A stretch of DNA of 64,000 nucleotides, taken from IMG/VR virus record IMGVR_UViG_3300026487_000001; one strand, 5' to 3'. Source of the DNA: a virus. The notes under the pieces are model-generated. The model was not told where the DNA came from. It saw only the letters and a list, made by a program, of their open reading frames with translations, and searched no databases. A program made the translations under genes and the position numbers. This document shows positions 27,467-37,500 of the stretch, in pieces (within the stretch, counting starts at the first letter, position 1; each line of letters starts with the position of its first letter).

Positions 27467-30400
27467 GCGTAACCACGATCGACGGCTTTGCTAAACAGTA
27501 TATCGCTCTGGCTCGTACTCGCGGTCTGACGCCACGTAACCCAATCACTTTCTTGTTCCGTCCTAACGCGAACGATCAAACGGAAGTGCATCAGGTTGTT
27601 GTGTCTCTGACTGAGCCATCGTTTTCTGAGAAGCCGTACAACCTGATTTGGATTGACGCGAACACTGGTAGCCCTCAGTACCAGTATGTGCTGCGTCGTA
27701 CCTCTGCTGTATCTGACGGCAATCACCGTGGCTCATGGGTAACCGTGACTGACTACGCGCAGTTGTTTGCTCAGAAACAGTTCTTCCGTTTCGTTGTGGA
27801 GAATGCTGCTGATCTGGGTATCGAAGTAGGTGATCTGGAAATCGCACATGCGACCACCAGCCGTCTGGGTAGTGTTGTCACTAAGACTGACCCGACTGAC
27901 CCTGATATGCCTATCGCTGTGTCAAGCTCTGACCCACGTATGGCTGATGCGCGTTATCCAACTAATCACGATCATCCTGATTATGCGCGTACCATGATTC
28001 GCCTGAACTCCACAGCATTCGTTGAAGTCGCAAGCTCTAACGAACCGCAGCCTGGGTATGTTCTGGCGATTGTCGATCAGGACCCTGTTAACCCGAACAA
28101 GTATATCGGTAAGTGGGTCAAGCCCAACGCCGATAACGTCGAGTGGGAATCACCTCACTTGATTAACTTGCGTATCAGCCTGCCGGGCAACGCGAGCTAC
28201 ATGTCGGATAACAGTAGCGTCAAGCTGAACATCGACGCAGAATGGTCTAACAGCATCGAACACAACCCTACTGGCGTTGAGTGGTCCATTGAAGAGAACG
28301 TTATCGGTGTGACTATCGACCAAGGCGGTACTGTGTCTGCGCCTGACCTAGCTGCTGACGTTGTGCTGAAAGTCACTGCACGTAAGCGCGACCCTGTGTA
28401 TGGCAACTGGGTAACTGCTACCTACGACCTGCTGATCAAGAACGCATTCATCCCTGACGACGAGCTGGTATCTATCTCTATTGTTGGTGCGGACACGCTG
28501 TTCTATAAGCAGAAAGAGACCTATACCGTGACTGCTCGCTACAAGTCCGGTAACGTCGCAACTATCATGCCGTCGAACTTCACGGTGGATAACGCGAACG
28601 CTCTGTCTCTCGTCGGCCTGCAGGGTACTGCGAAGAAAGTCTCTACTGATACAGTTGTCAAACTGACTGCTACTTATCAGTATAACGGCCTGACCTTTAG
28701 CGCGACGAAGAACGTCACCGTTAAGGCTCAGTTGATCACGCTGCTCGAAGTGCTGGGTTCTTCCACCATTGCTTCTCAGCAAAGTGAAGCCTACACGTTT
28801 AAGATTACGTGGTCGAATGGCGACACTGAAATGATTACGCCGAACTCTTTCGTTGCTGCACCTACCACTTACACCACCATCAGTGGCAACGTGGTGACTG
28901 CGAAGAAAGAGACAACGCAGGACCGCAGCATCGTCCTGACTGCGACGTACATCACGGCAGATCAGACCGTCACTGGTAACAAGAACGTTACTATCCTGAA
29001 AGAGACTGCTGCGGTAACGCTGACCTCTCTTGCTATTCAGGGTGCGAACACTATCCGCAGTGAAGAGAGCGCGAACTATACGTTCCTCGCTACGTACTCT
29101 GACGGCCACACCAAGCTGGTTGACCCGACTACGTTTACGGCTGACCGACTGGATATTGTTACTATCGTGAACAAGACCGTCAACGCAGGCAAAGTGTCTT
29201 CTGACATTCCTGTGAAGCTGTCTGCAACGTACACGGAGAACGGTATCACGAAGACCGCAACGCTCGATATTACAATCGTGAATGTTGTACCTGTCGTTGA
29301 CCTGTCGAGCATTAAGATCGTCGGCCCGTCGTCTGTTCAAGAGAAGACAACCACTCCGTATACAGTGCTGGCTACTTACTCTGACGGACACACCGCAACG
29401 ATCAGCCCTAACGAGTTCCGTTTGCAGCAGGCTTCGAACTACGCAACGTTTGATAAGTCTGAACTGATTGTTGGCGCTGTTCCTATCGCTAACACCAGCG
29501 TAACGTTGTACGCTTCGTACACTGAGAACGGCATCACGAAGACTGCCACCCTGCCTGTGTCCATCGTTGGTAACCCACCGACTGTGACCTCTCTGGAGAT
29601 TCGCGGTAACGATTCGATGAACGAGAACACTACTGCGCAATACACCGCGTGGGAAATTCTCTCTGATGGTACTGACCGTCAGGTAGCTTCACCGACGTGG
29701 TCTGTGATTCAGGGTAGTGCAGTCGCAAGCATCGCACAAACTGGTGTGCTGTCTGCTGGTGAAGTGACTCAGGACACAACTGTTCTGATTCGTGCAACCT
29801 ACGACGGACGTAACGCCCAGAAGTCCGTGCTGGTTAAGAACATCATCGTTATCAGCCTGCTGTCTGTTCAGCCGCAAGCGCCATCGCCTGTGTATGACTT
29901 CGGTACTGCTGTCGGTGTGACTCGCGACCTGCATAGCGTTCTGACGTTCTCTGACTCTACTACTCGTGAGGGTACTAGCGGCGAACTGTCTTACACGCTG
30001 TCCACCGCGGCTCAAGAATACTTTGAGATCGTTGCTGGTGGAACAACTGGCTGGCGCATTCGCACCAAGAAAGCACTGAGCGGCTTCTACGGCACTCTGA
30101 CTTTCCAGCTCAACGTAGCTGCGACTGTTGGTACTGTATCGAAGACCGGTAACGTGCAGTTCACCGTTGTTGGACCAACCGATGACGTGTCGAAAGTGGA
30201 AATCATCGGTGATGACTCTATCACTGAGGGCACTGTATCTGGTGATTACTTCGTGCGTGTTACTCGCCTGTCGGGTGCAACAAACGAGTACGCCTCACTG
30301 CCAACGTGGTCACTGCCTCAGGGCGCTGCGTATGCAACTATGTCTGTCGGTTCTACTTCAACTCGCGTGAAGCTGACCGTACCTGCTAACTCGATTAGCC

Positions 30401-31473
30401 AGAACCAGACTGCTACGCTCCGTGCTGCTGCCGTTACCGTTGATGGTAAGACCTACGCTCCTGAAAAAGTGATTACGCTTATCAATCAGGCTGCAACGAT
30501 CACTAAGCGCGAGCTGATTGGTCCTGCCGCTGTGAACAAAGGTGAGACTGGTACCTACATTCTCCGCCTGACGTTCTCTGATAGTACCACTGTCGACCTG
30601 ACGCCTGTTATCACACGTAGCTCTGGTTCTACTACAGCGTTCACGTACCCAGGCAATAACACCATCATCGGTAACACGGTAAGCACCGTGCAGAGCGCAA
30701 TCATCACTGGTACTGCTTCGTACAACAGCCAATCGCAAACTGCGAACCTGACTGTAACGAACACGCCAGCGCCTGCGACTCCTGACTCTGTGACCATCAC
30801 TGGTCCTTCGTCAATCATCGGTGGTGTGACTACCGCGTACACTGCGACTGCTACGCTGTCTGACGGCACTACGCCTGACGTGACTGCTGATAGTGGCACA
30901 ACGTGGGCGGTGGCTGTGAAGTCCGGCACCGCAACTGGCCTGAGCGTTACTGGCGGTTCGTTGAAGTCTAACGCTGTGACTGCTGATGCTGTGGTGACTA
31001 TCACCGTTACTTACGTTAAGAACGGTAAGACAGTTACTGCAACCAAAGACGTTACGCTCAAACCGCAACAGTCTTCCGACTTGGGTGCTCGCTTCGGCTC
31101 TCACTCTAAGATCAAATCTGTAGCTGGCTATGATGCTGCGTTCGTACAGGGCCTGCAAACCGCGCTGACTACGACTGGACAACAGCTCCTGAACTGTCCT
31201 GCAAACACCAGTACCTCAACGAACAACGTGTTCTTCTACGTTGCGTGGCCGAAGTCTCTCGGCTACGGTTACTTCGTTGAGTCAGTACAGGGCTTTGCTG
31301 GTTCATGGGATGGTGCGTTGGAGTTTGATGACTTCAACTTTGCTGGTCCTGCCGAGGTGACTATCAACGGTGTTGATTACGTTATCTATCGTAACGACTT
31401 CCCGTTCGATAATCTGGCGTATACGTTTAAACTGACCTACGGTTCATCGAACCCAGGTTCTGGTATCGCGTAA
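27463..31473 (+). CDS. Large fiber/decoration protein: family N-domain + ~10 bacterial Ig-like (BIG2-type) repeats + shared C-terminal domain
   Basis: 1336 aa. N-terminus NLIWIDANTGSP..., SRLGSVVTKTDP...SSDPRMADARYPTNHDHPDY. Repeated ~90-aa units (...VTARYKSGNV..., ...LATYSDGHT...). C-terminus homologous to 25758-26150. Confidence 0.8.
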   Translation: MSVTTIDGFAKQYIALARTRGLTPRNPITFLFRPNANDQTEVHQVVVSLTEPSFSEKPYNLIWIDANTGSPQYQYVLRRTSAVSDGNHRGSWVTVTDYAQLFAQKQFFRFVVENAADLGIEVGDLEIAHATTSRLGSVVTKTDPTDPDMPIAVSSSDPRMADARYPTNHDHPDYARTMIRLNSTAFVEVASSNEPQPGYVLAIVDQDPVNPNKYIGKWVKPNADNVEWESPHLINLRISLPGNASYMSDNSSVKLNIDAEWSNSIEHNPTGVEWSIEENVIGVTIDQGGTVSAPDLAADVVLKVTARKRDPVYGNWVTATYDLLIKNAFIPDDELVSISIVGADTLFYKQKETYTVTARYKSGNVATIMPSNFTVDNANALSLVGLQGTAKKVSTDTVVKLTATYQYNGLTFSATKNVTVKAQLITLLEVLGSSTIASQQSEAYTFKITWSNGDTEMITPNSFVAAPTTYTTISGNVVTAKKETTQDRSIVLTATYITADQTVTGNKNVTILKETAAVTLTSLAIQGANTIRSEESANYTFLATYSDGHTKLVDPTTFTADRLDIVTIVNKTVNAGKVSSDIPVKLSATYTENGITKTATLDITIVNVVPVVDLSSIKIVGPSSVQEKTTTPYTVLATYSDGHTATISPNEFRLQQASNYATFDKSELIVGAVPIANTSVTLYASYTENGITKTATLPVSIVGNPPTVTSLEIRGNDSMNENTTAQYTAWEILSDGTDRQVASPTWSVIQGSAVASIAQTGVLSAGEVTQDTTVLIRATYDGRNAQKSVLVKNIIVISLLSVQPQAPSPVYDFGTAVGVTRDLHSVLTFSDSTTREGTSGELSYTLSTAAQEYFEIVAGGTTGWRIRTKKALSGFYGTLTFQLNVAATVGTVSKTGNVQFTVVGPTDDVSKVEIIGDDSITEGTVSGDYFVRVTRLSGATNEYASLPTWSLPQGAAYATMSVGSTSTRVKLTVPANSISQNQTATLRAAAVTVDGKTYAPEKVITLINQAATITKRELIGPAAVNKGETGTYILRLTFSDSTTVDLTPVITRSSGSTTAFTYPGNNTIIGNTVSTVQSAIITGTASYNSQSQTANLTVTNTPAPATPDSVTITGPSSIIGGVTTAYTATATLSDGTTPDVTADSGTTWAVAVKSGTATGLSVTGGSLKSNAVTADAVVTITVTYVKNGKTVTATKDVTLKPQQSSDLGARFGSHSKIKSVAGYDAAFVQGLQTALTTTGQQLLNCPANTSTSTNNVFFYVAWPKSLGYGYFVESVQGFAGSWDGALEFDDFNFAGPAEVTINGVDYVIYRNDFPFDNLAYTFKLTYGSSNPGSGIA
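28458..31065 (+). repeat. Tandem array of Ig-like domain coding repeats (about 270 nt each, diverged)
   Basis: Recurrent pattern V.I.G...v.e....Y...a.ysdG....v.p......n...a.i...G.v.a. The closest pair is ~29221-29280 vs ~29518-29577 (YTENGITKTATL in both). Confidence 0.7.
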
Positions 31474-31483
31474 GGAGAATAGG

Positions 31484-32269
31484 ATGCCGGTTAACATGAC
31501 TTCGTTCCTGTTGCCAGCATCCGCAGCACTCCCATACCTCCTTGAGGATAAATATCTTCGAGGGGGTATGCGCTGTCTGCCTACGCTCAATGATCGTGAT
31601 ACAATGTCTGTCGGCAATAAAAAGCCTGGGATGTTGTGCTACGTCACTGAGACCAAGACGATGTATCAGCTTGGTGCAGATAACGTAACGTGGGAAGAAG
31701 CGAAATTCGGTGGCTCTGAATATAAGTTCGAGTCGCCGTTCGTGACTGCTGTGGATGAAACAGGTCTGACAATTGTAGGCCTCGACCCTAGTAAGCAAGT
31801 GCCTGAACCTCAGTATGCGGGTATGACCCTCATGTCTGGTGCTAACGGTACGATGTTCTGGGTTGATATGAGTGGTAATGAACAGGCTGGTGTGCGTAAG
31901 ACTGTAGAGTACGAAGCCGCCAACTATATCACTCCTGGCCAACAGCTTGATTTCGATCTGGCAATGAATAAAACGGTTATGCTCCTTTCTGTTAAACTCA
32001 ATGCCTTTGATGTGGAACTTACCGCATATCAAAGTTCACTGAGAGACGACAGAAACCCGTATATATTCCGTTCCTCTGCTAATTTTCTCGAAGATGATGG
32101 TGTGTTTGCGGATGAAGATAGCGAAGGCAATCCAATCATTCGTAAGCTGCGTCGATACTCCTTCCTGTCTAACAAAGACAATACGCCTACGATTTCGTGG
32201 CGCATGAAGAACATCGGCACATCACCGTCGAAACCGAAACTCACTGTAACCTATCTGGTAATGGAGTGA
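31484..32269 (+). CDS. Structural protein, unknown function
   Basis: 261-aa ORF, TAAGGAG RBS. Confidence 0.7.
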   Translation: MPVNMTSFLLPASAALPYLLEDKYLRGGMRCLPTLNDRDTMSVGNKKPGMLCYVTETKTMYQLGADNVTWEEAKFGGSEYKFESPFVTAVDETGLTIVGLDPSKQVPEPQYAGMTLMSGANGTMFWVDMSGNEQAGVRKTVEYEAANYITPGQQLDFDLAMNKTVMLLSVKLNAFDVELTAYQSSLRDDRNPYIFRSSANFLEDDGVFADEDSEGNPIIRKLRRYSFLSNKDNTPTISWRMKNIGTSPSKPKLTVTYLVME

Positions 32270-32276
32270 TAACCGT

Positions 32277-33263
32277 ATGGCTATTCAACGTGTAACTGCT
32301 ACTAAGCTCGTGGGTCTGGAAGCTCTGACTCGCGATCTGGTTAGCAAAATGATTACGGCCGGCTTCACGCTGATTGCTGTTGACGGCAAGACCGGAAGCA
32401 CCGTAACACCGACCGCTAAGTCTTTCTATCTGGAAGCATCCGATGCGGTTGACCCCCTGTATGACACTCAGAAGTGGGGCATTATCCTCGCTGCTGACAA
32501 CACAGGTAAAACCCTGTCGATCAACGTCTTGCCTGACAATCAGGTAAATCAGACTGACTTCACTGCCGCTAAACGTTCTGCAACTGTAGAAGTTGGCCGT
32601 ATGTCCAAGTCTGGTCTGGCTACGAACTTCTTCATCGATCTGGTCAACGACTGGAAGATGGACACGACCGCTGACCTGTCTGCATACCCGCTGACGTATG
32701 ACTTCATCACTACCGACCACGGTATTGCTCTGCATATCAACGCAGAAGGCTTCGACAACACCGGTACTGCATTTAGCTGGTTTGTTGTTCAGCGTGGCGT
32801 ACAGGCTAGCGACACTACGCCTGGCGATCACAGCCCGCTGTTCGCCATCTTCTCCTGCGGCGGCGGACTTGGTGGTGACCCTGATACCATCAAGCCAGAA
32901 GCTATTCAGCGTTACACTGTAATCGAAGAGGGTATTTACTCTGCTACGGTTCCACTGTCTGCTGTTCAGCCTACGCCTGACTCTGCTCCTATCATCAACC
33001 CGCTCCAGCAGGTTATGATCGCAGAAGGCAACCGTGCTATCGTTCTGTTCCCGCAGATGATCAACACTCAGCGCTATGTGTACTTCGCTACACTGGACAT
33101 GCTGGGTTATACGTCTGCTGACGTTCTCTCCGCTGGTTCCGAAGTGCAGTTGAACCCTCTGAAAGCAACGAACAAAACCAAATACCTGGGCATGAACGCT
33201 AACGGTAAAGACAACCGTGGTATGCGTCTGATGCTTCCTATCGGCCTGGGCGACGCGGCTTAA
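32277..33263 (+). CDS. Structural protein, paralog A of a pair
   Basis: 328 aa. Shares TDHGIALHINAEGFD / QRYVYFATLDMLGYTSADVLS blocks with 33282. Confidence 0.7.
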   Translation: MAIQRVTATKLVGLEALTRDLVSKMITAGFTLIAVDGKTGSTVTPTAKSFYLEASDAVDPLYDTQKWGIILAADNTGKTLSINVLPDNQVNQTDFTAAKRSATVEVGRMSKSGLATNFFIDLVNDWKMDTTADLSAYPLTYDFITTDHGIALHINAEGFDNTGTAFSWFVVQRGVQASDTTPGDHSPLFAIFSCGGGLGGDPDTIKPEAIQRYTVIEEGIYSATVPLSAVQPTPDSAPIINPLQQVMIAEGNRAIVLFPQMINTQRYVYFATLDMLGYTSADVLSAGSEVQLNPLKATNKTKYLGMNANGKDNRGMRLMLPIGLGDAA

Positions 33264-33281
33264 TTAAGGGGATAACAACTC

Positions 33282-34463
33282 ATGAACAAACTGATCGTGA
33301 AATCTGGCTTCACCAGCAACCTGAAAATGTGGAAATCAATCCTGCAGGATTTGGTTGATAACGGCTTCAAGCTGGTGAGTGTCAACGGCACTATTTCTTC
33401 AACTATCCCTTCGACTGACCTCCAGTCGTTTGTTGTTGAAGCGACTAACACCATCGACCCGATCGCTGGTACTGGTGCAGGCCAACAGCGCTGGCGTCTG
33501 GCGATGAAAGGCTCAGAGAAGCGTACTCAGCTTTTCTGTGCTGCGCCTGAGCAGATCTCTGACACGGGCACCATCTCTAAGACTGGTGCCGTGAACGTTG
33601 GTGGTACTACCATCAACGAATACGCTGGCCAGATTGGTGGGCGTTCTACCAGCAGCCAGTTCAACGCCAGTTCTGGTGACAACGAAGTGTACTTCTGGCA
33701 TCGCGGTATCGCCAACCAGGGTAACACCACGTTCTACGCAGGCACCATGGCATATCCGCCTGCTACTACTCAGCCTACTGGCCAGACCAGCTCTGATAGC
33801 CTTGTGTTCGCTGACCCGGAAGCTACTCCGTTCACGTACCACATCGCTCTGTCTGATCACGGCGTTGCGATTCACATTCAGATTGAAGGTCGTGACTCTG
33901 ATGGCTGCCGCGGCGCGTGGCTGGTAATTCAACGTGCTATCAACTCTGATGGTACTGTGGTTGTCGATGGTAAAGCTCCTCTGTTCTGCATGTTCTCTGT
34001 GAACGGCGGTGGCTCCATGAACAACAACGACGAAGTGCGTCCTGTCCCGGGCAGCCCTGGCTCGTACCAGATCATGCGCTATACCGTGCGTGAGTCTGAT
34101 GTGAACGCACCGACTCTGCCGGCACCTGCGCATGTCCACAGCGCGGATAGCTCTGCTGTGCTGAACCCGTATCAGATGGTTCCGTTCTCCGAAGATAACC
34201 ACTTCGACTTCCGTCTGCCTGCTGGCTTCAACACTCAGCGCTATAGCTATCCGTACGAAATGGATATGGTTGGTTATGCGTCTGCTGACGTTATCTCCAA
34301 CGGTACTCTGATCGACGTTCAGGTCTATAACGAGACCGAAGACGACGGCAGCACTGCGAAGAAGCGTACCTACAAAGCTCTGACTGCTAACAGTCCGAAC
34401 AACACCGGTATGCGTATCTTCTTCCTGCAAGGCTATAAAGCCCCAGAAGGCGCCGGAGCCTAA
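33282..34463 (+). CDS. Structural protein, paralog B of a pair
   Basis: 393 aa. SDHGVAIHIQIEGRD / QRYSYPYEMDMVGYASADVIS. Strong codon bias, followed by a terminator. Confidence 0.7.
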   Translation: MNKLIVKSGFTSNLKMWKSILQDLVDNGFKLVSVNGTISSTIPSTDLQSFVVEATNTIDPIAGTGAGQQRWRLAMKGSEKRTQLFCAAPEQISDTGTISKTGAVNVGGTTINEYAGQIGGRSTSSQFNASSGDNEVYFWHRGIANQGNTTFYAGTMAYPPATTQPTGQTSSDSLVFADPEATPFTYHIALSDHGVAIHIQIEGRDSDGCRGAWLVIQRAINSDGTVVVDGKAPLFCMFSVNGGGSMNNNDEVRPVPGSPGSYQIMRYTVRESDVNAPTLPAPAHVHSADSSAVLNPYQMVPFSEDNHFDFRLPAGFNTQRYSYPYEMDMVGYASADVISNGTLIDVQVYNETEDDGSTAKKRTYKALTANSPNNTGMRIFFLQGYKAPEGAGA

Positions 34464-34471
34464 TCCTCACA

Positions 34472-34494
34472 GGGTGCCTTCGGGCGCCCTTTTT
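34472..34494 (+). terminator. Intrinsic terminator
   Basis: GGGTGCC-TTCG-GGCGCCC + TTTTT + AGTTTCT box. Confidence 0.75.
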
Positions 34495-34518
34495 AGTTTC
34501 TGTTTCGTGAGGTGAACA

Positions 34519-37500
34519 ATGGCTGAAATGATTCCTGTTGTATCAGCTACCGGTGTTCAGTCCTGGTCTGGTAACGTAACAGTTTCAGGTCATACTGATA
34601 CACTAACGTTCCGTGTGTCTGGCGGTACGTTTGCTGATTCGACTACCGAAAAGGATATCGCGCCGAGTTCTGGTTCTGACTATGCTGTTGCTCTCGCTGC
34701 TACAGTAACGGTCTCTGCCTCTGCAACGCAACCTGTTCTGCTGTATTACAAGGACGGTGATTTGTGGGTGCTTGTGCATTCACTGTCTCGCATCTTCGTC
34801 AGACCACAGACGAAAGAGCTGGACTATCGCCTTGTGACGAAAGGTATGGATGCAATGCCTTTGGGCGCTGCTGTCAACCCTACCTACGGCGGGCTTGTAC
34901 TTGGTGGGGGTGTTCGAATCCCTACCGTACAAGATATGCAGCAAGGCAGCGTGGCCAAGTTCTCGGACTTTGATTCCACGTTCTTTGATTTAACCAAGCC
35001 TGTATCAATCGTCCACGACCGTGCGGCTCGTACTCTGTATTACATCCACACTGACGGTGACGTGTCGAATACGAAAATCTTCGGCGGCATGTACGACGTT
35101 GATATTGCAGGCTATAAGATCAGTTACGACTCTACAGGTAAGCGTAGCGCCGTTGTCTTCCACGAGTCCGGTCAGATTGACGTGCTTGATGAAGCGATGA
35201 CGCAGTTCGGTGAACCTAAGCAACTCGGATATGAAGTCAACCGTGTTGTGTGTCGTCGTGCGGGTGTTGGTTCAAACACTGTTGATAGCTATGTTGCGTT
35301 TGACAAGGAAGGACGTGCGCATTACCTGAATGCCTCGTTTGCTGAAACGTCTGTTAAGTCAGACTACTTCTACGTTAACGGCTCTGACAGTTACGATGTG
35401 CTTTCAACGCTTGATGGTAGACTGATTGGCGGTAACACTGCCGCTGCACCTGCATCAGTCTTCTGGTATCAGTTCGTCCCAAGTTCATTGCTGGTATTCG
35501 GCCATGATGGTACGAACATCTATCAGTTCAACCTGCGTGATAACGTACAGAACGTAGCGGCTCGTCCTATGGTGGCGAATGACCTCGTTGTGTTTAACAC
35601 GACTGCATCATGGACCTCAGCCGGTGGTAAGTTAGTTGCTGGTATGGACACGAACGGCAGCAATGCTTTGTTCGATTTCACTACTGCTGATACGCCTACT
35701 CAGACGCGCTCTGGTTGGCCGTATATCGAACTCCTGACGCCGCCGTACAGTCAGGAAGATACGTATGACCGTCTGTTCTATTATGCAGCGCGTCCTACTA
35801 CTGGCTTGAAGCATATCGCTATCCGTGATTACACGGTGAACATGCCTGACATGAGTGCTATCAACTTAGGCCAGACTGTTACGTTCAAAGTGGTTGTTGA
35901 CGCTGGTGACCCTGATATCGGTCTTCCTATCACTGCGCCTGCAGGTGTGACCGTTGCTGCAACGATTGATGTTATCACGACTGATATTGTTGACGGCAAA
36001 GAGGTTACGACTACCACGACCGTACCTGTAACGAAAGTGTTCGACGGTCAGGAAGTTACTATCACGCTGAGCCATGCGTATATCACCAGCACGTCATTCC
36101 CGATTTCTATCGGTCGATCTGTTTATCAGTTCGAGATGAAAGCTGACGATACGCCTAACGCTTTTGCGTGGCAGAACATCTTAGGCATCGACAATGATAC
36201 ATGGAACCGCACCGAAGATGTTACCATCAGTGGCATCAACGTGTCCGTGCCTGTATCTGTGCTGGTGGATGGTGTAGAGGACTATGACCGAGTTAAGATT
36301 TATGTGGATGGTGTGCAAGCAGCAATGCCTGTATTCATTCGCAACAATCAAAAGCTGGGCTTTGAAGTTCTCCACGCTAACGACACCACGCATATTGATG
36401 TAACGGTAGGTCAAGGCAGTTCTCGCTTTGGTTTGTTTACCGTTGTCGAAGCGCAGATTGAAGTGGGTCGTCATTGGGCATATATGCCTGTCGGTAAGCA
36501 AGTTCAGTCGGATGTGTTCAAGAACACTGGCACAATCCCTCTGACGTTGACTATCGACACGACTGATGCAGAGTTCGCTCAAGGTGGCCAGTCGGTTACC
36601 CTGCCTGTGAACGGCACTACCAACATCAAGTTCACGCCCACAGAGAATAAGCAGTACACGATTAAATTCCATTCTGACCAGTATAGCTATGAATGGTACG
36701 TGTGGGCTGATGCTCAGTGGCTTGGTACGCCAGCTCCTACTAAACGCGCAGAGCGTTATGTCATGGGCGATAGTGGTGACCTGTTTGTCGATAACATCCC
36801 AGATAACTTCTGGACGTACATCACCGTTCCTGCAGGTATGTTGCTTGACGTTGATGGTGTGCGTGTCGAACAGGAACTTGATTCGCGTGGTGTGTACAAA
36901 GAGCAGGGCCTGCATATCGGTCCGTTCGAGTGTGCCGACACAATGCTCAAGATATACGGGCTGCCGTCACACGATCAACCGCACACGTTAATGTTTGGTA
37001 ATGCACCGTTCGGCTGGCTGTATGATATGACGGTTGATCCGTCGTACACTGCTTACGCTGAACACTCCGTTCAAGAGTTCGATGCCTCATACGTCGATGG
37101 TGTAGCACAGGCATTCGATGCGTTCGCCACCAGATCGTATGAAGCGCAAGGCAGCGCTGTGGTTGTTGTCACGCCTGTGTATGACCCTGAGCTTGACAGA
37201 CAGCTACAATGGCTTGAGTTCGAAGACGCGCAGACGCACGTTGGGGATTCTACTGGCCGTACGATTGAGAGTGATTCTGCTATCATCGGTCAGACAGTTG
37301 CGGGTCCTGAGTTCATCACTGGGCATAAATACTTTGTGGATAACTTCCGCATGGTTGATCTTATTGCTCGCTCGGACATTGTACTCGACAAGTTCGACCT
37401 GTTCGAGCTTACGCAAGGCCAGAAGGACGTTATTACAACGACACCTCTTCCTGCGTTTGTCGATAAGACCGAGAGCGTTACCTCAGACACCTTCCCTCTG

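Noticed and set aside
28348-29640. Long minus-strand ORFs. This one is 430 aa. Others are 53538-54620, 22555-23550, 7260-8201, 33513-34430 and 2664-3380.
   Set aside because: Each lies entirely antisense to a + strand gene with strong motif support (Ig-repeat fiber, sheath, DHH, SNF2 and so on). Their composition is R/V/H/S-rich, as is typical of the reverse frame of biased genes. They have no RBS or promoter context. Every other gene in the window is on the + strand.
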